A stretch of 64,000 bases of DNA, taken from positions 128,001-192,000 of the forward strand of contig CAVZQN010000008.1 in NCBI GenBank assembly GCA_963777505.1, in the 5' to 3' direction. The DNA is from an uncultured bacterium. Its GTDB lineage: Bacteria; Acidobacteriota; HRBIN11; JAKEFK01. Within the stretch, counting starts at the first letter, position 1. Each line of letters begins with the position of its first letter. The translations under genes and the position numbers were made by a program. The notes under the pieces were generated by a model. That model saw only the letters and a program-made list of their open reading frames with translations, searched no databases and was not told the DNA's origin. Shown one piece after another: positions 42,950 through 51,805 of this stretch.

Positions 42950-43989
42950 TTCTTGTCATGGCTCATGGAGCCACATTAAAAGAAATTGGCGAAGTAATAC
43001 AACGTCTCGAAGGTTGGAACATTGCATACAATGTCTCGCGCGGTGAAGAACGCACAGTTATTGGAATTCTGGGGCAAACATCTCACCTTTCTCGCGAAAC
43101 AATGATGGATCTTCCCGGTGTGGAAGAAGTCATCAGGATCACAAAACCTTTCAAACTTGCATCACGAGATTTTCATCCAAATCCCAGTGTGATTCGTGTG
43201 AATGGAACGAACATTGGTGCGGAAAATACTTTTGTGGTCATCGCAGGTCCTTGTTCAGTAGAATCACGCGAACAAGTTTTGGAAGTTGCAGCATTTGTCA
43301 AAGAACAAGGCGCTCAACTGCTGCGTGGAGGCGCCTATAAGCCGAGAACTTCACCCTATAGTTTTCAAGGCCTGGGGATTGAAGGCTTGAAGTATCTTGC
43401 AGAAGCTCGCGAACGTACTGGGCTTCCAATTGTGACTGAAGTGATGTCACCCGCAGATATGCCGCACGTTGCGGAATACGCAGATGTGCTTCAAATTGGT
43501 GCTCGCAATATGCAGAATTTTGCGCTATTAAAGGCGGCCGGCGAAGCTCGTAAACCTGTTCTGCTTAAACGGGGACTTTCTTCCACAATTGAAGAATTTT
43601 TGCTCGCAAGCGAATACATTCTTGCGGGCGGAAATTCACAGGTGATGTTATGTGAGCGAGGTATCCGCACATTTGAAACGTACACCCGGAATACGCTTGA
43701 TATTTCTGCTGTGCCTGTTATCAAAGAGGTTTCGCATCTCCCAATTTTTGTCGATCCAAGTCATGCTGCAGGAAAACGTTCACTCGTTCCGGCGTTGGCG
43801 CGCGCAGCGTTAGCAGTAGGAGCTCATGGAATTATGGTTGAAGTTCATGGTGAGCCTGAGAAAGCCAAGAGTGATGGCCCTCAGAGTCTAGATTTTGAAG
43901 GGTTCGCAGAATTGATGAAAGAGATACGCGCTATTGCGGCCGCGCTTCATCGCGATTCGTTATTTGCAAAAACGGAGCAGCCGCAATGA
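42946..43989 (+). CDS. aroF: DAHP synthase type I-beta with N-terminal regulatory domain
   Basis: [50 protein letters not shown]. Confidence 0.94.
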   Translation: MILVMAHGATLKEIGEVIQRLEGWNIAYNVSRGEERTVIGILGQTSHLSRETMMDLPGVEEVIRITKPFKLASRDFHPNPSVIRVNGTNIGAENTFVVIAGPCSVESREQVLEVAAFVKEQGAQLLRGGAYKPRTSPYSFQGLGIEGLKYLAEARERTGLPIVTEVMSPADMPHVAEYADVLQIGARNMQNFALLKAAGEARKPVLLKRGLSSTIEEFLLASEYILAGGNSQVMLCERGIRTFETYTRNTLDISAVPVIKEVSHLPIFVDPSHAAGKRSLVPALARAALAVGAHGIMVEVHGEPEKAKSDGPQSLDFEGFAELMKEIRAIAAALHRDSLFAKTEQPQ

Positions 43990-44711
43990 AACGGATCGCA
44001 GTCGTTGGACTCGGCCAGATTGGCGGATCATTAGTACTTGCACTTCGTAAAGCCAATCCGCAATTACGGATCACCGGAATCGATCCATCTTCAAAACGTC
44101 GAAGACTCATGAAAAAGTATTTGGATGAATCTTCAGCCGTCTGGCCTAAATCCTTTGATGCAGACCTTATTTTCGCTTGCATGCATTTCCGCATATTGGA
44201 AAAATTCCTGAACAAAATAAAAACGGATGCACTGATTGTTGATGTCTGCAGTTCCAAGGAACTCATTGTAAGGCTCGCCAATCGCAAGTGTCTTCGAATG
44301 ATCGGCGGCCATCCTATGGCCGGTAATGAGCACAAAGGCGAAAAAGGCTGGAACCCTGAACTTTTTCGAGATGCACCATTCTTTTTATGTCCTGCAGGTA
44401 TTGCGTCACGATCCGATCGGATCAAGATCTCCCGGCTTTTAAAACAAATTGGAGCGCAGCCAAGGGTTGTTGATCCGGTTCAGCATGATCGCGCGGTTGC
44501 AATTACAAGCCATCTTCCTGCACTCATTGCAAACTCTTACGCCAGGTTAGCTGAAGACGTGCCCTCATATTTTCAAGGTCCTGGCTTCAAATCATTTACA
44601 CGGCCGGGAAAATGCTCACCTGATTTGCTTGAAACGTTCCGCTTATCAAATCGGCACAATATTCAAAAGATTGCGTCTAAATTTCTTCGCGAGCTTTCAC
44701 GTCTTTCGTAA
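43986..44711 (+). CDS. tyrA: Prephenate/arogenate dehydrogenase
   Basis: [33 protein letters not shown]. Confidence 0.9.
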   Translation: MKRIAVVGLGQIGGSLVLALRKANPQLRITGIDPSSKRRRLMKKYLDESSAVWPKSFDADLIFACMHFRILEKFLNKIKTDALIVDVCSSKELIVRLANRKCLRMIGGHPMAGNEHKGEKGWNPELFRDAPFFLCPAGIASRSDRIKISRLLKQIGAQPRVVDPVQHDRAVAITSHLPALIANSYARLAEDVPSYFQGPGFKSFTRPGKCSPDLLETFRLSNRHNIQKIASKFLRELSRLS

Positions 44712-44758
44712 TCATAAATCGGTTGCAACATTTTTATTGGGGTTTATCATTCAATACA

Positions 44759-45019
44759 ATGGCGAACAAAGTTGTAATGTATTCAACAACCTGGTGCGGT
44801 GATTGCCGGGCTGCACTTGCATTCCTTGATCAAAACAACATCGGCTACACGAAAGTCAACATTGATGATGACGATGAAGCAATGAAGCTTGTCATGCGTG
44901 TAAATAATGGAAAACGCAGTGTGCCAACTTTCGATATCGATGGCCAATATTTGAACGCAAGCCCCTTCACTCCTGAAAAGCGGAAAAAACTTGCGGCGGC
45001 ACTTGGGATTCAGGGTTAA
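44759..45019 (+). CDS. Glutaredoxin-like (NrdH/mycoredoxin-type) protein
   Basis: MYSTTWCGDC, RSVPT. Confidence 0.85.
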   Translation: MANKVVMYSTTWCGDCRAALAFLDQNNIGYTKVNIDDDDEAMKLVMRVNNGKRSVPTFDIDGQYLNASPFTPEKRKKLAAALGIQG

Positions 45020-45028
45020 TAGTTATTT

Positions 45029-45046
45029 ACCGCAGAGCTCTCAGAG
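45029..45046 (-). repeat. Post-stop repeat copy (18-nt variant)
   Basis: ACCGCAGAGCTCTCAGAG, 1 nt beyond the stop at 45048. Confidence 0.65.
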
Positions 45047-45047
45047 T

Positions 45048-46331
45048 TCAGACTTTTACTTTAAGGATGATCGTTTCCTGAAGTTTATCATCAGGAAAGA
45101 TGTTCCCTTTTTCGTCAAAGCTGCGGAGCTGACTGTTAGCGATGTAGTAGAAACTGTCTCCGGCCACAACGCCTGTAGTGGGCATTACAAATGTTGGATG
45201 ATTGATCTGCAACACTTCCAGTTTTTCGATATGAGATGGATTCGAACCCAAATAAAAGCGTGCAACACGTTCGACGCCAGTGAGAGCTTGATTCGCAATC
45301 AATGAATTCGCATGAAACACCATTCCATCGATGCTTGTGGTTGCAGTACTTACTGGAGCGGTCAATAGTTTGACTTCCCTGCTTGTAAGATTAACAACTG
45401 AAATGCCTTCCAGATGCGCAACATATAAATTCTTTTCGTCATCTGAAACCGCTATACCATTTGGAAAAGACATCACGGCAGGCTTCACAAAAAGTTCGAG
45501 CTCATCCTTTGCCGCAGAAATTCTATAAACGGCTCCTTCATCTGTGTCGGTAATATAAACATCACCGGTTTTTGAAAGAGAAAGATCATTGAAGAAATGC
45601 TTTTCACCTTTTGCAGCAAGAACGTATTTTTTAATTAGTTTCCGCGTGGTCAGATCGTATTTATGAATGGCTGTGTGACCCAAGGTTTCCGGTTCCGGAT
45701 ATTTCATCCCCATATTCTGTTCAAGGTTTCCACTATTAGCCCAAAGATGGCGGCGCTTTGCATCTACTTCCATTCCTACGACGCCCCAGATTCCATCTTG
45801 TTTATCAGTTGTAAAATCGCCCGCTTTACCTGATGCATCGACTTCAATGATCTTGCGGCGATAGGTGCTGCTTACAAAAAACGAACCACTCACTGAATCA
45901 TAAGCAATACCTTCTGCGATCAGATCTTTTTGTGGAATTCGGAATGCGACTTCGCTGCTACCGTAAGTTTGTTTGTTCCGCTGAAAAATTTCAGATGCTT
46001 CCTTATATTCTGCTGAATCTTTTATCTTTTCAAAAGAAGTTGATTTGCTGAGATCAACAGACATTCCAGATTTCGCTGCGCTTAATAGATTTGCTTTTGC
46101 AGAATCGAGATCTCCGTTCAATGCCTGCGCATCTGCTAAAAGATAGCGGATTCCGGAGTGACCAGGGGTTCGATCAGAGACTTCCCGAATAAGAGATAAA
46201 TACTCCGGATATTTTTTCTCACTTTTTGCGGCAACAGCTTTCTGATAAACCTCTAGAAAGTTGAATGGCTGCGTTTGTTGTGCATGAAGAGCGAATGAAA
46301 TTAAGATGAGAAAAACTGTTAGAATTTTCAT
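45048..46331 (-). CDS. Secreted SMP-30/gluconolactonase-like beta-propeller with N-terminal helical (TPR-like) region
   Basis: Signal peptide, AEGIAYD, FFNDL, FPNGIA, SIDGM. Confidence 0.8.
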   Translation of the reverse strand: MKILTVFLILISFALHAQQTQPFNFLEVYQKAVAAKSEKKYPEYLSLIREVSDRTPGHSGIRYLLADAQALNGDLDSAKANLLSAAKSGMSVDLSKSTSFEKIKDSAEYKEASEIFQRNKQTYGSSEVAFRIPQKDLIAEGIAYDSVSGSFFVSSTYRRKIIEVDASGKAGDFTTDKQDGIWGVVGMEVDAKRRHLWANSGNLEQNMGMKYPEPETLGHTAIHKYDLTTRKLIKKYVLAAKGEKHFFNDLSLSKTGDVYITDTDEGAVYRISAAKDELELFVKPAVMSFPNGIAVSDDEKNLYVAHLEGISVVNLTSREVKLLTAPVSTATTSIDGMVFHANSLIANQALTGVERVARFYLGSNPSHIEKLEVLQINHPTFVMPTTGVVAGDSFYYIANSQLRSFDEKGNIFPDDKLQETIILKVKV

Positions 46332-46332
46332 A

Positions 46333-46377
46333 ACTACTTATGTAGGTGAAAATACTACAATCGTAAGAAATCGTCAA
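46333..46377 (-). promoter_or_regulatory. Sigma70 promoter plus two BlaI/CopY-like operator boxes
   Basis: TTGACG (46377-72), TATTTT at N17; ACTACTTATGTAGG at 46333 and ACTACAATCGTAAG at 46354. Confidence 0.6.
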
Positions 46378-46387
46378 GATCGGATTT

Positions 46388-46404
46388 AACGCAGAGACAC
46401 TGAG
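46388..46404 (-). repeat. 17-nt post-stop repeat copy
   Basis: AACGCAGAGACACTGAG, 2 nt beyond the stop at 46407. Confidence 0.65.
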
Positions 46405-46406
46405 GT

Positions 46407-47846
46407 TTACTGGACCCGGATTTCGACAGTTCCTTGATCGCGCGCATTATGTTCGTCGTAGACAGTAACCTGGATGATTGCAACTCCGAGATTGTTTGGC
46501 GAATTATAGATCGCTTCATTTCCCTGCGGAATCACATAACCACCATCAGGACCCTGCGCCACGCGAAACTCATATTGAAGTGGTCCGACTTCAGGATCTC
46601 CCGCATCAACGACAATGACTGACTGAGTCATTCGTACGATTGGATTTGGTGTAGCAACAACAGATCGAATCTTCGGTGGTTCATTGTATAAAAAGGCTTC
46701 TTGGATCGATGTAACTTCTCCATCAGGATTTGAAACAGTAATATCAACAAATCCACTTTCGCCTTGCGGCACCACAGCTGCTAAAGCTGATGCATTAATG
46801 AATGTCGTCTGGCCATATCTGCCACCAAATAAAACGCTCGCGCCAGGTTCAAAATTATTTCCGCTGATAGTAACGGTGTAGCCTCCGTCTCTGCTACCCA
46901 TTCCAGGATTCACTGAAACTGCTTGTGGGATTCCTTTGTACTGAAACGCATCAGGGAAAACAAAATTTTTTCCATCAGGATTTGTAATTTCGATCGCAAC
47001 CGAACCGCTTCTTCCTGGAGGTACAACAAGACTGATTGAGCCACTATCGGTAAAACGCGAAGTAATTTCTCTGCCGTCAAATTTAATCACTGAACCTTTT
47101 TGAAAATTACGGCCTTCCAGAGTGATTCGCTGTCCACCTTTAGCTGGAGCACGATCGGGATCGACTCGTGTTATTACCGGACCTTCAACTTCGTATCGAA
47201 ATGCATTCGCCAATTTTGAGCTTCTTTTTCCATTACTCACTTCGATATCTACTGTAGCGGCTGAATGGGCAGGCGCAACTGCGATAATAACTTCACTGGA
47301 TTGAAGGCTTCGCATTGCAGGTACTCCGCCAAATTTTACGGAAGTGGATTCGGTAAAATTTTCACCAGAAATTCTTACTGGTGTTCCGCCCGCTGGGCTG
47401 GCGGACCCGGGATCAATCGAAGATATAACGGGAGCACGAACAATTTCCTGATCTTTTTCACTTGTAACTCCCGCTTTTGGATTCAAATTAACACTGCGCG
47501 TTGTAACTTCGCGCTCCGTACCTTCGTATTCAAGCTGTACCAGACCAGAAGAAAAAGTTTTTACTTCAGAGTATTTGGTACTGAGTTGAGCCAAAACATC
47601 CCGCACTCGCACAAATCGGTTTTCACCGGGTGGTACCTCATAATCAGAACGCCACCTGTAACTATTCTCATTGACAAGTATTCTGAACGTTAGAATCTTT
47701 GGCTGATCGCTTTCATTTGTAATTTGCACAAATGGATCATTCCCCGATTCCAGCGTCCATGAAATATTGCGACGGATTATCTCCGCTCCGTTGAGATTCA
47801 TAGAAACCAGAAGTATGAAAATGACAAAAAAGCGAACGTACTTCAT
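46407..47846 (-). CDS. Secreted IPT/TIG-repeat protein
   Basis: Three repeats of P.I..V.P..G...GG..V.I.G.NF plus a C-terminal Ig-like domain. Confidence 0.85.
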   Translation of the reverse strand: MKYVRFFVIFILLVSMNLNGAEIIRRNISWTLESGNDPFVQITNESDQPKILTFRILVNENSYRWRSDYEVPPGENRFVRVRDVLAQLSTKYSEVKTFSSGLVQLEYEGTEREVTTRSVNLNPKAGVTSEKDQEIVRAPVISSIDPGSASPAGGTPVRISGENFTESTSVKFGGVPAMRSLQSSEVIIAVAPAHSAATVDIEVSNGKRSSKLANAFRYEVEGPVITRVDPDRAPAKGGQRITLEGRNFQKGSVIKFDGREITSRFTDSGSISLVVPPGRSGSVAIEITNPDGKNFVFPDAFQYKGIPQAVSVNPGMGSRDGGYTVTISGNNFEPGASVLFGGRYGQTTFINASALAAVVPQGESGFVDITVSNPDGEVTSIQEAFLYNEPPKIRSVVATPNPIVRMTQSVIVVDAGDPEVGPLQYEFRVAQGPDGGYVIPQGNEAIYNSPNNLGVAIIQVTVYDEHNARDQGTVEIRVQ

Positions 47847-48652
47847 TTTGCAACTTCTCTCAATTCACGTATTTTGGTTTTTTTGATTACAGAAAGCATT
47901 TCATCCTGTATTAAACCATTGCTTGCTGCCAGTTGCCTTTGATAAATAGAATAAGGACGTCCATCAAAATCAGTAATGACACCACCTGCTTCTATCAACA
48001 TAAGCATTCCTGCGGCGGTATCCCATGGATTCAAATACACTTCAAAAAATCCATCAAAACGTCCCATTGCAACGTAACATAAATCAAGCGCTGCAGATCC
48101 TAATCGACGTATTCCTTGAGCATGTACAATTAGTTCATTGAAAAATGGAAGACTGTCTTCAGGATGCGAATGCACTGTGTATGGAAAACCGGTTACAAGA
48201 AGTGCCTGATCCAGTCTCTTAACTTTGGAGATTTGAATTCTCTTTCCATTTAGAGTTGCGCCTTTTCCTTGTCGCGTAAAAAATAATTCATTTGCGACCG
48301 GATTGTAGACGGCTCCCGCAGTAATAATTCCATCTTCTTCCACGGCTATAGAAATACAAAAGATTGGCAGACTATGAGCAAAGTTAGTGGTGCCATCCAG
48401 GGGATCGATGATCCATTTCCGGCTCGATCGATGATGGTCCGCTGCGCTTTCTTCGGCAAGAATGCTGTCGGTTGGAAAATTCTTGCGGATGTCTTTCTTA
48501 ATAAAGTCTTCAATATCACGATCTACGTTCGTCACTAAATTTGTGGCAGCACCTTCTTTGATGTGGATTGTCTTTACTTTGCCGAACTGTCTTTTCATCC
48601 GGCTGCCAGCTTGCAGAATTAAGGACTTCAAGAAACGATCAACTTGGGGCAT
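47843..48652 (-). CDS. suhB: Inositol monophosphatase family protein
   Basis: WIIDPLDGTTNFAH, RRLGSAALDLCYVA, WDTAAG. Confidence 0.9.
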   Translation of the reverse strand: MPQVDRFLKSLILQAGSRMKRQFGKVKTIHIKEGAATNLVTNVDRDIEDFIKKDIRKNFPTDSILAEESAADHHRSSRKWIIDPLDGTTNFAHSLPIFCISIAVEEDGIITAGAVYNPVANELFFTRQGKGATLNGKRIQISKVKRLDQALLVTGFPYTVHSHPEDSLPFFNELIVHAQGIRRLGSAALDLCYVAMGRFDGFFEVYLNPWDTAAGMLMLIEAGGVITDFDGRPYSIYQRQLAASNGLIQDEMLSVIKKTKIRELREVAK

Positions 48653-48695
48653 AAAACCAACATAACACAAAATATCCTGGAAGCTAGATGCACTG

Positions 48696-48797
48696 TGTAG
48701 TAAGGCACGCTGTTCGGACGCGTTTATGCGGACGAACAGTGCCGTCATCAATCTCACCGCACTGGCTCGCATTCGCTCGCCTGCGTGCCTAACTACA
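48696..48797. mobile_element. Miniature inverted-repeat (REPIN/MITE-like) element
   Basis: Terminal IR TGTAGTAAGGCACGC / GCGTGCCTAACTACA (14/15) with internal hairpins. Confidence 0.55.
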
Positions 48798-48864
48798 AAA
48801 TGCTGCCAAGATGCTCTCGAGCCCGAGAACAAGGTATAATGGAGGAAAACTGGAGAAGATTGAG

Positions 48865-50196
48865 ATGAGGAAAATATTAGGGATCATGACCATAGCAAGC
48901 CTGGCATTTTCGTTAGCTGTGTTTGCTGGTGAGGAACTTTCCACTCAGGAACTTCTGGATAATCTAAAAGATCCTGATGCTGGCAGAAGAGAAGAAGCCG
49001 CAGAAGAATTAGGTGATCGCGGTGAAAAGTTAGGGATCGAAGCGCTCGTACTGGCAACTGCAGATAAAGAAGCAAAAGTTCAAATGGAAGCAGTTGTCGC
49101 ACTTGGAAAAATCAACGACCCAAGCAAAGTTGCTTCACTGAGTAAGGCAGTTCAAAATTCACGTGACAAAGCCCAGAAAGAAGCCATTCATTTGCTCACG
49201 GAACAATACATTCCGACATCGGATCGTGGTGCTTTAAAAGAACTTTGGAATTCGATGGAAAGCCTTTTCAGCCCACCGGAAACAATCATCGTTGAACCAT
49301 GGATTCAAGTTGACAGGCAAGCGATTGATGCTTTGATTTTTGTTCTTGATGACAGTAATTCAGAAAATCGGATTGAAGCGGCTGCAACTCTGGGAATATT
49401 ACGAGCAGAACCTGCGATTCCAAAACTCGCACATTACCTGCGTTCGCCAAACGTAAAAATGGTTCGCACATGCGTTCGATCGATCGGCTACATTCGGAAT
49501 CCCGAAGCAGGCGCTTATTTGATTCCCGTTCTGAGTCATTCCGATGAAGAAGTCGCGGGTGATGCTGCACGCGTATTGGGCTTATTCCGTTATCGGGATG
49601 CACTTCCTGAACTTGTTCGTTTGTTAGATTACAGCCGGGAAGAAGAACTTCAGAAAATTTCGCTTCAAGCAATCAGCAGAATTGGAGATCCTTCCTCTGA
49701 GCAAATCATGAAAAAGTATTTTGCTTCAAAAGATAAGGACTTCCGGCAATATGCAATCGAGGGTTTCGGAAGAATGAACCTTCGTGGATATATTGATCCG
49801 CTTGAACGTGAATTTCAGCGTGAAAAAAGCAGACAAATTCGATTGGCAATTTGCTTCAGCCTTTTTGCCCTGGGTGACAGTGCGTATATTGACACATTGG
49901 CTCATTCGCTCGATGACGATCTGTTTAAGCATCAGGTTCGCGGATATTTCTATGAGCTAGGCGATAGAGCGGTACCCCAATTAGCAGACTATCTAAAAGT
50001 GCAAGATTCTTCCTTCAGGATTCGAGTCATTCGTGTTCTTGGAGACATGCACCAAACAAACGCGATTGCATACCTTGAACCACTCATGAAAGATAAAGAC
50101 ATGGATGTGGCACAAGCGGCAACGGAAGCAATCCGTGAACTTAAGAATATTGAAAGGATGCCGATCTCTGACCAAGCTAAAAATACAACGCAGTAA
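48865..50196 (+). CDS. Secreted HEAT-repeat protein
   Basis: Signal peptide, repeated D....R..AA..LG units. Confidence 0.85.
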   Translation: MRKILGIMTIASLAFSLAVFAGEELSTQELLDNLKDPDAGRREEAAEELGDRGEKLGIEALVLATADKEAKVQMEAVVALGKINDPSKVASLSKAVQNSRDKAQKEAIHLLTEQYIPTSDRGALKELWNSMESLFSPPETIIVEPWIQVDRQAIDALIFVLDDSNSENRIEAAATLGILRAEPAIPKLAHYLRSPNVKMVRTCVRSIGYIRNPEAGAYLIPVLSHSDEEVAGDAARVLGLFRYRDALPELVRLLDYSREEELQKISLQAISRIGDPSSEQIMKKYFASKDKDFRQYAIEGFGRMNLRGYIDPLEREFQREKSRQIRLAICFSLFALGDSAYIDTLAHSLDDDLFKHQVRGYFYELGDRAVPQLADYLKVQDSSFRIRVIRVLGDMHQTNAIAYLEPLMKDKDMDVAQAATEAIRELKNIERMPISDQAKNTTQ

Positions 50197-50252
50197 GATA
50201 CATCGAAATACGTTCGGTCATGTAGTTGGGGAATGGGAGGAGGTTGCTTTTT

Positions 50253-50326
50253 GTACGGGTGGGTTTTTGACCCGCCCGCCTGCAATTTTATTTTGAACCC
50301 CGGGCGGGTCTTAGATCCGCCCCCTA
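50253..50326. repeat. GTAG-type REP doublet (family A)
   Basis: GTACGGGTGGGTTTTTGACCCGCCC...GGGCGGGTCTTAGATCCGCCCCTAC. Confidence 0.8.
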
Positions 50327-50344
50327 CGGTTTTCATGTCAAAAG

Positions 50345-51781
50345 ATGGCCTTTAAAGATTTACGCGAATTTATTGAGACCCTGGATCGCATGGGTGAACT
50401 CAAACATATTCATGCTCCGGTGAATCAAGATCTCGAAATCACTGAAATAACAGACCGGATCTCAAAACAGGGCGGGCCTGCTCTGATGTTTCACAACGTT
50501 GTTGGCCACAAGACTCCAGTTCTGATCAATGCACTTGGAAGCAAAAAGCGGATGCTTACAGGACTTGGTCTTGAATCCTATGAAGGTTTTTTTCAGAAAT
50601 ATTTCGAGCTTCTGGATAAGCCGTCCAACATGCTAGACAAGCTGAAACTTCTGCCGCGTCTTGCCGAAATCGCTCAAATGATGCCAAAGAGCGTGAAAAC
50701 AGGTCCATGCAAAGAAGTCATCATTAAAGACAATCCAAGTCTTAACATTCTTCCAGCAATCAAATGTTGGCCTCAAGATGGCGGACGTTACATTACCCTG
50801 CCGCTTGTTTTTACAGTGAATCCTAAGAGTGGAAAACACAATGTCGGTTGTTACAGGCTTCAGATCTTTGATGAAAAAACTCTCGGGATGCACTGGCAGT
50901 TGCACAAACATGGAGCACTTCATCACAGACAGTATCAAGGTGATAACAAACGGATGGAAGTTGCCATTGCAATTGGTTGCGATCCGGCTCTTACGTTTTC
51001 TTCAGTGGCACCCCTTCCTGACGATATTTATGAAATGCTATTTGCAGGATTGCTTCGTGAAAAAGCAGTAGAAATGGTTCAATGTGAAACTGTGGATTTT
51101 GAAGTCCCTGCGCATGCGGAGTTCATTCTGGAAGGCTATGTTGATCCCTCAGAGTCTCGTATTGAAGGACCATTCGGCGATCATACAGGATATTATTCGC
51201 TTGAAGAACCGTATCCAGTTTTTCATCTGACATGCATTACTCACAGAAAAAATCCGATCTATCAAACTACGATTGTTGGGCCGCCACCAATGGAAGATGG
51301 ATTCATTGGTCAAGGCGTAGAACGTCTATTTTTGCCAATTATTCAAAAGCAATTTTCTGAAATTGTGGACATGCATATGCCTCTTGAAGGAATTTTTCAC
51401 AATCTTGTCCTGATCAGCATCAAGAAACGTTATGCCGGACATGCGCGCAAAATTATGCATGGTATTTGGGGACTGGGTCAGGCGATGTTCAGCAAAGTTA
51501 TTGTTGTTGTTGATGATGATGTTGATGTGCAAAATGTCCGTGAAGTCGCATGGAAAGCACTCAATCATATCGATCCTGAGAGGGATATCGAATTTGTAAT
51601 GGGGCCGATCGATGTTCTGGATCATTCCTCACGCTTACTCGGTTACGGTTCACATATGGGTGTTGATGCCACTCGCAAATGGAAAGAAGAAGGATTTACA
51701 AGACCGTGGCCTGATGAAATTTTAATGAGTGCGGACATCAAGGATCTTGTGACAAAACGCTGGAAAGAGTATGGCCTCTAG
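50345..51781 (+). CDS. UbiD-family decarboxylase (menaquinone/futalosine-pathway type)
   Basis: WPQDGGRYITLP, EGPFGDHTGYYS, GPPPMED, DHSS, GVDATRK. Confidence 0.9.
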   Translation: MAFKDLREFIETLDRMGELKHIHAPVNQDLEITEITDRISKQGGPALMFHNVVGHKTPVLINALGSKKRMLTGLGLESYEGFFQKYFELLDKPSNMLDKLKLLPRLAEIAQMMPKSVKTGPCKEVIIKDNPSLNILPAIKCWPQDGGRYITLPLVFTVNPKSGKHNVGCYRLQIFDEKTLGMHWQLHKHGALHHRQYQGDNKRMEVAIAIGCDPALTFSSVAPLPDDIYEMLFAGLLREKAVEMVQCETVDFEVPAHAEFILEGYVDPSESRIEGPFGDHTGYYSLEEPYPVFHLTCITHRKNPIYQTTIVGPPPMEDGFIGQGVERLFLPIIQKQFSEIVDMHMPLEGIFHNLVLISIKKRYAGHARKIMHGIWGLGQAMFSKVIVVVDDDVDVQNVREVAWKALNHIDPERDIEFVMGPIDVLDHSSRLLGYGSHMGVDATRKWKEEGFTRPWPDEILMSADIKDLVTKRWKEYGL

Positions 51782-51783
51782 AT

Positions 51784-51800
51784 CTTTGTGACTTTGCGGT
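51784..51800 (+). repeat. 17-nt post-stop repeat copy
   Basis: CTTTGTGACTTTGCGGT 2 nt after TAG. Confidence 0.8.
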
Positions 51801-51805
51801 AAGAA

